Shown: positions 1-11,764 of the stretch, in pieces
Position numbering within the stretch: position 1 is the stretch's first letter
Layout: every line of letters starts with the position of its first letter
NCBI RefSeq assembly: GCF_033153115.1
Contig: NW_026889758.1
Location: forward strand, 22,816,001-22,880,000
DNA from: Saccostrea echinata
Taxonomy: Eukaryota
DNA length: 64,000 bases
Direction: 5' to 3'
Translations under genes and position numbers: made by a program
The notes under the pieces: generated by a model
What the model was told of the DNA's origin: nothing
What the model saw: only the letters and a program-made list of their open reading frames with translations
Databases searched by the model: none

Positions 1-21
1 ATGAAGTCTTTTGAAAACATA

Positions 22-621
22 TCATATACATCTTTCCCTTTCATCCTTGCAGTCCAATGCTTTTAAAGACCCACTCCAGATTTTCAAAAAATATTCTTCA
101 TCTAGTTGTAATTCTTTTCCGCAGTCAATTTCACCTTTATGTAGACTGGCAGTAAATCCCGTCTGGATCAAAATAAATTTGATGCCCTTACCCTTAAGGA
201 TGCTTTTGATTTTGTCCGTATAGTGGGAGTTAAATAATGTCATATGATCTATGACAAGACAATCTTCAGCTTGAAAATTCTTTGAGAAGGAGGAGAAATT
301 TTCTAAATTCTCATCCCTTTCGTCAATTTCATTAAGATCTACATAATGAATTATCTTGTCTTTTTTACTCCTGCAGTCTAAAACATAATACAAAACTGTA
401 GAAGTTTTTCCTAATCCCTGTATTCCTGTAACACAATTCCAAAGTTTTCTACACTTCTTGTAAATACGATCTATCACTTTGATGAAAACATCATGAAATT
501 TTGTTTTTATAAAGCATCTTCCAGCTTTAAAATCAATTATATTGGCAAAAAGTTTCATCTCCTCATCTTCAGTTACATGTTGTAGAATACTTGTTTCAAA
601 CTCATTCAAATAACATGGAAT
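22..621 (-). CDS. Exon encoding a P-loop NTPase domain of unknown family; may be frameshifted near position 30 or continue beyond the window
   Basis: The 195-aa ORF has a Walker A (VTGIQGLGKTS) and a hydrophobic Walker B-like strand (CLVIDH). A splice acceptor ttttttgtcttcAG precedes it (AG = 623-622). Stop TGA at 24-22, while another frame stays open to the window edge (GKDVYDMFSKDF). Confidence 0.6.
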   Translation of the reverse strand: MPCYLNEFETSILQHVTEDEEMKLFANIIDFKAGRCFIKTKFHDVFIKVIDRIYKKCRKLWNCVTGIQGLGKTSTVLYYVLDCRSKKDKIIHYVDLNEIDERDENLENFSSFSKNFQAEDCLVIDHMTLFNSHYTDKIKSILKGKGIKFILIQTGFTASLHKGEIDCGKELQLDEEYFLKIWSGSLKALDCKDERERCI

Positions 622-1255
622 CTGAAGACAAAAAAAATAGAATATGAGAATATTTTGATTAAGTTCATGCAGTAAACATTGAATTACATGTAGCTGTATT
701 GATGAAATTAATTTGCTAGTGTTAAACTTTGATAAATTTTTATTATGTGAATACCATTTATTAATTGACCATTAATTGTAAAACCAAAGTATGACATTAT
801 TCATATTAGTCATGTCATATTTTGAAAATTTTAGGGGGGGGGGTGCGTCCCCACGCCCCCCTTAAATCCGCCAGTGTGTACTGAGGGTGTTCAAAGATGT
901 TAGAAACCTGTCCCAAGTTGTAACCGCACTATCGATATTATTGCCCATTTTGATTTGATTTGATTTGAACATATTTTATTATGTAGAAACATAAATGGAC
1001 TGGGCAGCAGGCATAGCCTATATAAGCCCTCTCCACAGGTACAAGGTTCATTTAAATTATACATAATACTACATGAAATAGTTACAGGTTCATATAACAA
1101 AATTGATTGGAAATTAAGCAGAAAAAAAGTGGGGGGGGGGGTAGAAAGTTGTAAATGATTACCCGTTTTATGAGAAAAATGAGGTAAAAAAAATAATTAG
1201 TGAGAAATACAGCAAATAAAGATAAATTATATGAAATACAATGAATGTGTATTTG

Positions 1256-1812
1256 AATAATTTAATTTCGTTTGTATTCTAGCCTCTGATTGGTTAATAT
1301 CCAAAAAGGAACACAAATTATTTCTGTATAACCTGGTTTGGTATGGGGACACACCCCCCTGACAACCAGCTGAATCATCTGTATCCATACAATCCTCTCA
1401 TTTCCAGTCCTCGGGATTCATGGAAAATTCCAGATTTAATCAAATGTACCTTTAACTTCAAACAACAATTCGATCTTACCACATGCAAACAAACAACATG
1501 GCTGCTAGGCCTATGTATCAGTTTTTACCTCCCCTCGCTTCCCATCACTTCCGTAACTACGGTTGTATTATTGAGCGGCAAATTTGAACTAATGAAAAGC
1601 AACGAAATTTTAAACCCCTAGTTATTTAATGATTTTAAAATTAAATTATAAGGAATGACTCTAATTCTTGGCCATATTATTCGAGTATAACCTGGTTTGG
1701 GTCAGTTTACGCTGTTTTATAATCCGCTTCGCGGATTATAAAGCGTAAACTGACCCAAACCAGGTTATACTCGAATAATTTGGCCAAGAATTAGAGTCAT
1801 TCCTAAAATAAT
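1256..1812 (+). mobile_element. Non-autonomous Crypton-like hairpin element, family A copy 1
   Basis: No TIR. AATAAT direct repeat at 1256-1261 and 1807-1812. CTGATTGG near the 5' end. Hairpin 1651-1804 with apex GCTTCGC (1726-1732). Near-identical inverted copy at 2326-2876. Confidence 0.7.
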
Positions 1813-2325
1813 AAAATTACATAATTCATATCATCAATGAAACCTCTTAGTTTGTAAAATATATTCATGAACACAATCAAATAATTTAACATTTTTAGCA
1901 TAGGAATATTACTATTACCAAATGACAATAGAGTTAGAGATAGAGGATGTTGCAGGTCTATACTAGATATACAATTCAATCGACATAACATGGACACTCA
2001 AAGAAAAAATGATACACATTTTCAGTATGAGAACCACAGTTTTCACATTTGGAACTTTCACTAATAAAATCTTTCTTTAAATCAGCATTTAAACTACAAG
2101 CATTATTTCTAAATTGACAGTGAATAATATTTTGAGTACGATTACCATGATTAAAAAGCTCATTGGGAGTTCTGTAATAAGCCTTTTTAATAGCATTAGT
2201 GAAAGAAGCTATAGTTGGTAGATTTCTAATATGATATGGTAAGTTATTCCATAATTTAATTGTAGATGGGAAATAACTATTCATATATGATGTGGTTCTA
2301 GCTTGAGGGATAAGAAAAGACCATC

Positions 2326-2876
2326 ATTATTTTAGGAATGACTCTAATTCTTGGCCAAATTATTCGAGTATAACCTGGTTTGGGTCAGTTTACGCTTTAT
2401 AATCCGCGAAGCGGATTATAAACCAGCGTAAACTGACCCAAACCAGGTTATACTCGAATAATTTGGCCAAGAATTAGAGTCATTCCTTATAATTTAATTT
2501 TAAAGTCATTAAATAAATATGGGTGTAAAATTTCGTTGCTTTTTATTACTTCAAATTTGCCGCTCAATAATACAACCGTAGTAACGGAAGTGATGGGAAG
2601 CGAGGGGAGGTAAAAACTGATACATAGGCCTAGCAGCTTGTTTACATGTGGTAAGATCGAATTATTGTTTGAAGTTAAAGGTATATTTATTAAATCTGGA
2701 ATTTTCCATGAATCCCGAGGACTGGAAATGAGAGGATTGTATGCATACAGATGATTCAGCTGGTTGTCAGGGGGGGGGGGTGTCCCCATACCAAACCAGG
2801 TTATACAGAAATAATTTGTGTTCCTTTTTGGATATTAACCAATCAGAGGCTAGAATACAAACAAAATTAAATTATT
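2326..2876 (-). mobile_element. Non-autonomous Crypton-like hairpin element, family A copy 2
   Basis: Reverse complement of 1256-1812. ATTATT at both ends (2326-2331, 2871-2876). Hairpin 2334-2487 with apex GCGAAGC (2406-2412). It splits the LINE ORF between PYSLRN and LIPQARTTSY. Confidence 0.7.
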
Positions 2877-3555
2877 TCTTAATGAATATGGGGTATGGGG
2901 TGGAATACAAGGTCTTAAGAAATCTTGGAGATATTGTGGTGCTGTCCTATACACTATCTTGTAAAATAATATTAATTTATGCACTTTCCTTCTGACAGAT
3001 AATGTATCCCACCCCGGTTCATCATATAAAAGTGTTCTTGATGAATTCACTCTCATTCCTGTAATAATTCTTGCAGCAGTGATTTGAACTTCTTCTAATA
3101 AAGATGATTCCCTTTCATTACAATTATCCCAAACAACATCACCATATTCTAAGACTGGTCTAATGAATGACATATGTATTTTTATTTACGCATTTCGACA
3201 AAGAGAACGTTTTTACATTCGTAAAACATTTAAACGTTTACATGCTTTTTCATATATGATTTGTATATGAGATTGCCCATTTTACTTCGGATGCTCTGTT
3301 TCCATTTACATCAAGGATAAAAAAAAAAAGCAAATATGTACATTTAACTAAATTTGTCAGTATTTAAAATAAAAATATAATTTAGCTTACTTTTCACCCC
3401 ATAAATATACAGGCCTAAAAGGTATTTAATACAGAAGACTGTATATGTAGAAAAACCACTGAAAAAATGACGTCACAATCGCATTCGTTTACAAACAGCG
3501 CGGATTTTCCCGAAAGTGACGGAGTTAGGCAGTGACGGAGTTAGGGTGTTTGGCC

Positions 3556-3896
3556 CACAGGTGCTTGAGGACAGGACCCCGGGCCTGTTCGACTTTTTTC
3601 TCATAAATTATACATGGATGATACATCTGTGATATAATCTCAATATCATCAATTCGGAAAATTGACTTAAACAAACATTTTATAAAAGTTACTACCCTAC
3701 CGTATACACATGTAAGTTGATTTATATAGAGTGAGGTCGATTTTATAAAATGTTTGTTTTAGGTAATTTTTCGAATTGTTGGTATATATGTCACAAATAT
3801 ATCATTTAAAGATAATGTATGAGAAAAAAATCGAAAAGGCCCGGGGTCTATATCGGGGGGGGGGGGGGGGGGGGTTCCTGTCCTCAAGCACCTGTG
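3556..3896. mobile_element. MITE, P-element-like ends
   Basis: TIR CACAGGTGCTTGAGGACAGGA / TCCTGTCCTCAAGCACCTGTG with long internal inverted arms. Flanks GTTTGGCC / GTTTGGCG (8-bp TSD, 1 mismatch). The CANRG start fits the P superfamily. Confidence 0.7.
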
Positions 3897-4403
3897 GTTT
3901 GGCGATATACTAATTTAGTATAACATTACAGTAGGAATATGTCATTCTTGAAACGTGTATAATATCAAAATTTTGTAATATTCTAGTGTATATCAAGCAG
4001 AAAGATTTACAAAAAACTAAAATTAACCAATGTGCGCTTTAAAAAAAAGTTACGAATACAGTTCGAATTTCCTCGACAATACATTATATAGAAAATATAC
4101 ATTATCCTTGACCCAAGCGCCTATGGTTTTGACTGAGTGCTAATTTTGATTTATTTTGCTACTGATTCTTGAGAAATAAAACATATAATCAGAATGTTCT
4201 TAATATCTAGATATATTCGAATAATGTCAACTTTTTAAACTTTATTTTATTTTTTATGTTTATAAATACCAATTCGTATGGAAGCATTATTTGGAATCCA
4301 TGCTATTTTGGCTAAGTGAGCATAAAAATACCATGAATGCTACGTACAAAATTAATTTAATTCGTAGTGTATTTTTCTCTTACCATTTCTCTGGAGCGCC
4401 AAA

Positions 4404-4663
4404 TAATATTATATGATTGAATAATTTCCCTCTTTCTGATTGGCTGAGATCCAACAATGTTAGAAAAATACTACGTTATATTGACCTACACGTGACCTTC
4501 CAGGTCAATATAAGGAATTATTGCAGGTCAATATAATGAATCACGTGACCTTCCAGGTCAATATAAGGAATTATTGCAGGTCAATATAATGAATTATTCC
4601 TGTTCCATTTTTTCATGTTACAATGTGTTCTTGTTGAAATTTCTCGTTAAAACTTTCAATTAA

Positions 4664-4703
<40 letters not shown>

Positions 4704-4895
4704 AGTCTTGTAGGAGTTTGCTATCATTTAATCATATAATAAAACAGTTATTGCTGTTTTTTGAGGTCAATACGATGATTTAGACACCTTCGAAGTACAA
4801 TATTCACCTCGCCCTTCGGGCTCGGTGAATATTGTACTTCTCAGGTGTCTAAATCATCGTATTGACCTCAAAAACCAGCAATAAGTGTCTATTAT
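4404..4895 (+). mobile_element. Crypton-like hairpin element, family B
   Basis: TTCTGATTGGCTG near the 5' end, a 53-bp internal tandem duplication (~4489-4594), a poly-A run, and a terminal hairpin ~4737-4895 with apex CCCTTCGGG (4812-4820). Confidence 0.6.
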
Positions 4896-6848
4896 ACATA
4901 AATTATTGAGGGTACATAAAAACATCATCAATTTCATTATTGTGCACAATAATTGAATTGATGCGTGCATCAAACTAATTGTTGCTCTCATCAATGGAAT
5001 CGATGTGTGCATCAGTTCAGTTCAGTTCAGTTCTTTATTAACTCTGTTATCTTGCACAAATGCCTGGTAGGATACCTCCATTTTTTTGTGAGGAAACCTA
5101 GCTGTAAAAGTAGAAATACTTCAATGACAAATTCTTGAGAAAAATTATATCTTATTGAGGAACTTATTGTCTGACCTTAAGCTCAAGTTTTGCTCACAAA
5201 AATTAATTCAAACCTTGATATGAATGGTTTATTGATCTTTTTATTTCAATTGAAGATATCTTCAATTATTTTACAAAGATTTTGTAAAATCTTTGTGAGT
5301 TAATGTGCGCATCAGTTCTTTTAAAGAGAGCATTGACGGATCCAGAGGGGGGCTTTGAACCACCCTTTATTTTTCAAAATGGAGAGAGAGAGAGGGGGGA
5401 TAAAACAAGTTTTCTGGAAAATATATTTTTATGTTTAATAGCTTTGAATAAAAAACAAAACAAAAATGCAATCTTTCTCCATTCCACTACTCTCCTATTT
5501 ACTTTCATCCGTTTACTTTCTCTAATCCCCACTACACCCCGATGCTTACAATCTTTTTTAAAGATTGCATGGACCCTTCATATTCTGAGGATGTTTCAGA
5601 AAATATTTTAACCGATGAATCTGAATGAACTCCAAATGGTGACAGCATTAATAGATATGTTCTAGTCTTAAGCGAATGCAGATTAGAAAAATGTTGGATT
5701 ATGTTGATCGAACATTAAACTTTTTCTGGTGTAGTTTTTATTGCATTGGATGATGTACATCATATCAAAAATGGTTAGTCTAAGTTCTGTTTTAAAATAT
5801 TCTTGCTTTGGCAATAGCAGCGTTGTATATCTAAATAAGCCATTAAAGGGAGTATGCATAAGAGCATTTTTCTGTGTATGTGAGTCTATGAGTGGGGGGG
5901 GGGGCACCTGAAACCCCCTTCCCTTTGAAAAAATATGTTTACTCGGAGATATAACTAATTAAACAGATGTTTTATCTAAAAGAATTGTTGTGCGCATTAA
6001 TTGAATTGGTGTCTTTAACCTATTCCCAGTTTAAAAAAATCAATATTCAACCTATTTCCATTTGCAAATAACAATAAATTCATTTATAGTCCATTTGTTT
6101 TTATAGCAATTAGGTCAAGTACATGTCACATTAAAATTACCTGTATTTTGTACTCTTTGATACACCTTAAGACCAAAAAAAAAAATACATTAAATAGATT
6201 TAAGAAAAAATATTATTCAATTCACTTAATTTTGTACACTTTCAATATACACTTTAATACAGAAAATAAATTAATTAATTAAATAGATTTAAGAAAAATA
6301 TGAATTATTCGTATTAAATCAATTGTTGATATTATTATATGATTTTCTGAACTAATGCACGCATTAATTGAATCATTGCTTCATTTGAATTATTGCGTTC
6401 ATCAATTCAATCGTTTTTTCATCATTTCATTTGAAGAGAGAATTATTGTGCTTATCAGTTCAGCAAATGAATAAATGATATCAACTATTGCATTAATGCG
6501 CGCAATAATTCAGAAATGAAAATATCATTTATTATTTATTTATGAGATCTTGAATTGTTGAGCGCATCAAATGAATTGATGATATTGATAAATAATAAAA
6601 GACATTTTCCATTATGCTAATTTAGCGGTCCATATACAGTGTATTTCTTCCAAAGACCAAATAAAGCGCTCAATGGATTAAAATGTGTTAGGTCTTCAGC
6701 CCCATAGGAAACAATTTCATTTGAAGAGAGCAAAAAGGGGGGGGGTACAGAAATGCATTCACAATCAAAAAAAAAAAGGGGGGGGGGGCGGGAGACTCAG
6801 ACGTTATTATTGAAGAGGCACACTGTAAATTGACTTTTTTTTCTATTG

Positions 6849-6851
<3 letters not shown>

Positions 6852-6938
<87 letters not shown>
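6852..6938. repeat. (TA)n microsatellite
   Basis: About 43 TA units. Confidence 0.98.
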
Positions 6939-6940
<2 letters not shown>

Positions 6941-7154
6941 TGGTAAAATTTCTACGGGCCTGGTCTTACTCATAGGGCCAAACGAAATGATAGTTTCTAC
7001 AGTATAGAATAAAAAAGATAGTCTTTGGTAGGGAAAGGGATATTGAAAAAATGATAAACCAAATTAGAGGAAGGCACTTTATTCATAGCGCTTTTGCCCT
7101 TGGCTGTTCAGGAGATTTTTGAATTATCCAATAAATGTATACATTGTTAGTTTC

Positions 7155-7995
7155 AACAAGATGTGTTTGTGAAACACTGATCCTTCCGTATGACAACTCC
7201 AGGCAAAGGTTAGATTTCATGTAAGTCGAACTCCAAGGTCAAGGTCAAGAGTTCAAAAGTGTTGATAAAGGTCTTGCCACAAAGAAAACACACATGTGAA
7301 AAGCCTTGGTACCAACTGTTCAGAAAATATGGCCAAGGTTAAAGTTTTTCAAAAACTAGGTCATACTCCAAGGTCAATGTCATAAGGACAAAAAGAAATG
7401 GTATTAAAGGAAAGGTCTTGTCACAAGGAATGCATAAGTGAAATATGAAAGCCTTATCAGCAACCATTCAAAAGTAATAGGCAAGGTTAAAGTTTTTTTT
7501 ATCGAATGTAGGTCAAACACCAAGGTCATGAAGTCATGAGGTAAAATGTTGATACCAAAGAAAGGTATTGTTAGTCCTAGCACCAACCATTCAGAAAATA
7601 TGGCCAAGGTTTAAGTTTTTCGAAGGTAGGTCAAACTCAGAAGTCAAGGTTGAAGGGTCAGAAATGTTAGTACCCGAAGAAAGATCTGGGCACGTTGAGT
7701 ACACATGTAAAATATAAAATAACTAGCTCCAACCGTTGAAAAGTTATGGCCATTGTTAAAGTTTGGTATTTCTTTTGCAAAAGAGGTCAAACTCCAAGGT
7801 TAAGATCAAGAGGTCGCATACATGTATGTTGGTAGCCAAAGAAAGATCTTGTCACAAGGAATACACTTGCGAAATATGAAAGCCCTAGAACCAACCATTC
7901 AAAAGTTATGAAGATTTAAGTTTTCGAGGACAAACAGGTTAACAGACAAACAGATAAAAACTATATACCCCCAAGTCTTCGATCAAGGAGGGAAA
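7155..7995 (-). mobile_element. HINE (non-autonomous Helentron-type element) with ~140-bp tandem units
   Basis: Starts AACAAGATGTGTTTGTGAAACAC, has repeated CAAGGTCAAGGTCA units, a GACA microsatellite and a terminal palindrome remnant. Same family as 18452-19607. Confidence 0.75.
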
Positions 7996-8136
7996 AAAGA
8001 AAAAAAAATTAGGACCAAGAGGCGAAAAGGCTATGGATTAAAATACCATCGTTAACCGATATTATATAATGACAACATAACCGTACATAAGTACAAACAC
8101 CTAGTATGCATATTGTGTTGGCAATTTTATTTGCAG

Positions 8137-9931
8137 AAAATCTTTTCCCTCTGGCCATGCTGCCAGTGTTTGGTATGGAGTGACTTTTCTTGTGGTAAGT
8201 AAAAACCTGTAGGCGATAACAAGTAATGTAAGAAATATGACTGAAATTTATAAACATAAACAATCTTGTTGTCCGTTATCAGATCTACATGCACTTACGC
8301 ATATATCGTCGATGGAAGAGATCACGTGCATTCTGTCCAATAATACAAACTTTGGCAGCAGCTTCCGCTTTGTATGTCGGTGTGAGCCGTATCCAGGACA
8401 ACGCTCATCGTCCAGTAGACATCTTTGCTGGGGCGACAGTGGGAATCATCTTTGCTATAATAACGGTAATTATATACTTAATCTTATTTTGCCTCGAAAA
8501 ACGAGAATTTTGGGTCAAAGACACACAACCAATTGTAGTATTGTATTCCTAATACATAATAATATTATGTTATCTAGTACTGCCTGCTATCCTCCCTACA
8601 ATGAAATGTGATTGATTGATTGTACATGTATGTTGTTTTACGTCCCATTCGAGAATTTTTCACTCATATAGAGACGTCACCATATACCGATGAAGGGCTT
8701 CAAATTTTGACCTTTACTCGGCACTCAGGGCCATTGAGCAGTGAGGGATCTTTATCGTGCCAACGCCTGTCGTGACACGGTGCCTCGGTTTTTAAGGTAA
8801 CGAACAGTGATCATGAATCAACCGTCCATTTAAACAATGCAAATTGTGAGCAAAGCCGACACGGACCCCTGAGAAAGGGGTGGAATCACGACCAGGTGGC
8901 CACACCCGCCGTGTGCCCCTTGTCATGATCGGGCAAACAGAAAAAATCTGTTAGACAATTCAGTTTGAAAATAATGGCTTAATAATTTGTTTGACAGACG
9001 TCGAATTAAAGACCGATTGTATTTGCAAACAAAGTCATTGTATCGACCATAGAATTTGCGAAATATTGACTTTAAACGAGATTGTTTATATCCTTGTATC
9101 ATCAACTTATTTGTCAATAACCCACCTCATTTTAGAAATTGTTCATAGGAACGTGCTCTTGCGTATCGAATCAACTGAGAGATATAAACTCCATTTGCAA
9201 ATGATTAGTGGTGCAGGTGACAATTCCTTTTGCGCACTCTCTATAACATCTGAAACGAAACTGTGGGAAGGGGACCACACTATACCCTATCACAGTGCCA
9301 ACATCATCACTTTTTGCATATTTTAAAGTTACAAAGTAACAGGGCTTTCAAACTAGGTTCGATCAATGGAGTACATGTACTTTTCTTCCAAACTTTCTGA
9401 TTGAAATAAAATCTCAAGTTCTACTTGTACGTTGGCATGGCAACCAATTCAAACTCTACGGGTTTTCACATTATAAAAATGGTCGCAACTTCGGAAATGG
9501 TGTCCATTATTTTTCGTATTTTTTCGTTACTTGCTTTCAATACGTTCAGGTCACATTCAGGCAATAGAGACAATTCCCTCGTGTGCTTGACAGCAATGGC
9601 CGAAATTTCTCTGTAAAGTTTGAGAAATCGTATCCTGTGGTTTGTTTCAAGTTCTATGTATTCAATTAAGAATGGAAAGATAAAACCCTTCATTCTACTG
9701 ATATTTTCATTCAAACAATTTCAAATTTACTTCCTATCGTGATCATCGTCGAAAATGACGTGAAAGCGCTCATCATGTGGAATAATTACAGTAAACTAGT
9801 CCTGGTTTGACTTTTATATATTCCAGATTTACTCATCCTCTGTGTTGTTCACAGAAAAAAGAACATACACTCACTGCGCTGCTGTAAACAGCGAGGAGGA
9901 GAGGCAGTTCACGATGGAGAACGAGACATAA
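8137..9931 (+). CDS. PAP2-family lipid phosphate phosphatase (PLPP-like), last three coding exons
   Basis: Exons 8137-8194 (KSFPSGHAASVWYGVTFLV, C2 motif PSGH), 8283-8465 (…SRIQDNAHRPVDIFAG…, C3 motif SRxxxxxHxxxD) and probably 9827-9931 (IYSS…MENET*). Splice sites are GT/AG with consistent phases. The C1-motif exon was not found in the window. Confidence 0.85.
8612..8792 (-). mobile_element. 5'-truncated tRNA-derived SINE, same family as 56311-56616
   Basis: Reverse-complement match to the 3' half of the full SINE (GATCCCTCACTGCTCAATGGCCCTGAGTGCCGAG) with a (CAAT)n tail. Confidence 0.8.
8800..9205 (-). mobile_element. Penelope-like retroelement RT C-terminal fragment
   Basis: Translation GVYISQLIRYARA…(stop)…TNKLMIQGYKQSRLKSIFRKFYGRYNDFVCKY is typical of Penelope-like RT C-termini. 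Confidence 0.75.
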
Positions 9932-10500
9932 CTCGTGCCTTCTTACGTTGAAGGACAGGCCATCCGAGTCTCTGGGAGATTTTGCAAATTTCGGACAGAC
10001 GAAAAAGTAATAACAGAAGCCTTGAGTGTCTATGTGACAATTTTTAAAAAAAAATTCCCTTGAGAAATATTTTTTTTAGCTTTTAAAGGTAAATTAAGAT
10101 GAAATCTCACGCAAATGTATTCTGCTCAAGCATGTTTCACATTATCCAACTACATGTATAGTAATATGTAAAGTACATGAATCCTTCAGTTCCTTTTACC
10201 TTAATAACTAGAGGGGAAATTTTAGAAAACTTTTATATATTCATGCCTCTACGTTTTGTTTTAATCACTTTACGTGATATTATTATCCTTAGAATTTCTG
10301 GTTAACCAAAACATATGATCGACAGAGGCATGCCATTTCGTAAACCCTTTATGATCAAAGAGCAAAGTTAACGAGACCCACTTTGTATTTATATCAGGTT
10401 TATTAAAAAAGGAATAAAGAAAATAAGGACTCTGTGAAATTTTTTGGCTTTTATATGACCTACAAAATCAAGCATTCTTGTTTGTAGATGAATCCTTAGC

Positions 10501-10549
<49 letters not shown>

Positions 10550-11764
10550 ACGAACATGCAGGCATCGGGGACCTTTGTAGCTTCTTTGATAGCGTGAAGC
10601 AAATCTTTCATGGTCTAGGGGGAACATGGTTCTTTGAGACATTTGATTGATAGAATAATGAAACGTAAATTATTAGGGATATTTGTAATTTTCGGTAGCA
10701 CATTTGCTATTTATGAATCGGATACCTGATATGAGGTACGGCTTTGTTCTTGACCTACGTACAAAAGTCCGGGGAAAGGAGAACCAGTGCATGGCTTTTA
10801 AAAGTGCAATAATTCCAACTCAGTTGAAAATTGAGTAACGAGTGAACTAATTGTGAAATGATAAGAAGTGAACCCATAGCACGATTATTTGAAAATCTTA
10901 TATTTTTGTGAGGAAAATATTTTCGATTACAGATATTTACAATATATCTATTACAAATTCGTTGATGCAAAAGCAATTCATCTCCAGTTTCTATGTATAT
11001 GGAATCTAAACACTATAGATATGTGTATGCCTTTCTTCGTCCTCCCGTGCACCTCCGGTCACGACCTATACAGAACCCTGTCACAAAGTGTCACTGTCTT
11101 TTCACCCCAGCCACCACGTGTAATCATCTCATTTTTACATAATACACAATAGCAGTTTTGCTTGTTTTGGACGGAAATACGATTCTAATTGGCATCATTG
11201 TCGGATGACAGGAAGAATCATTCTCTTTTAACTGACATATTTAAACGTGTTCCAATGTAGTTAACATTTCACCCGTGTGAACATGAAGTTTAAACGGTCA
11301 TAAATACGAACGTAAAGAAAGGTTCTTGTTCATTTTATTGTCAACAATTTAAAAAAAACTATATAAAACATAAATCATTTAAAAAATAACATCACTGTAA
11401 CTGGAAAATCCCATCCTTTTTAAATACAGTCATGAAAAACAACCTTAAGTATTACACAGTATATACTTCATTATATAGTTTAAACGTAGAATCCGGAAGA
11501 TTCCGTGTCAATCTTGGCGGTCCTGCCGCCATTCTTTCTCGAAACGCTCCTGAACAGTTGACGTCACAGGACGGTGGGTGGGAAAATTTCTTCGGGGCAT
11601 TGTTTCTTGTAGAAGCTCGAGAAACACTTTTTCTGCAACAATAAATTGCAAAACCGATCGATTAACGTTCTTGCCAGAGATCTTTATATTCTGTCGCAGC
11701 TCGGTAATAAGGTTACAGTATCTACCGTACCTAGGGTTAACACTGTACATTGGATGTTGAAATT

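Larger units (their letters stand above)
950..3280 (-). mobile_element. 5'-truncated CR1/L2-group LINE remnant, interrupted by two hairpin elements
   Basis: RT-thumb peptide FIRPVLEYGDVVWDNC...AARIITG (2850-3173) and C-terminal SYFPSTIKLWNNLP...CENCG...HFFFECP (1976-2284). The 3' end on the - strand has AATAAA and a (CAAAT)n tail at ~950-980. Confidence 0.85.

Noticed and set aside
1343-2789. Twin ORFs MGT(H/P)PP… on opposite strands
   Set aside because: Chance frames in two copies of a non-coding element; indels differ between the copies.
4277-6633. Old DNA transposon with TATGGA…TCCATA ends and scattered GCGCATCAATT motifs
   Set aside because: Too degenerate and fragmented by nested insertions to define boundaries or family.
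9466-9714. 82-aa minus-strand ORF in the PAP2 intron
   Set aside because: No motif, TTG start, no splice support; probably repeat-derived.
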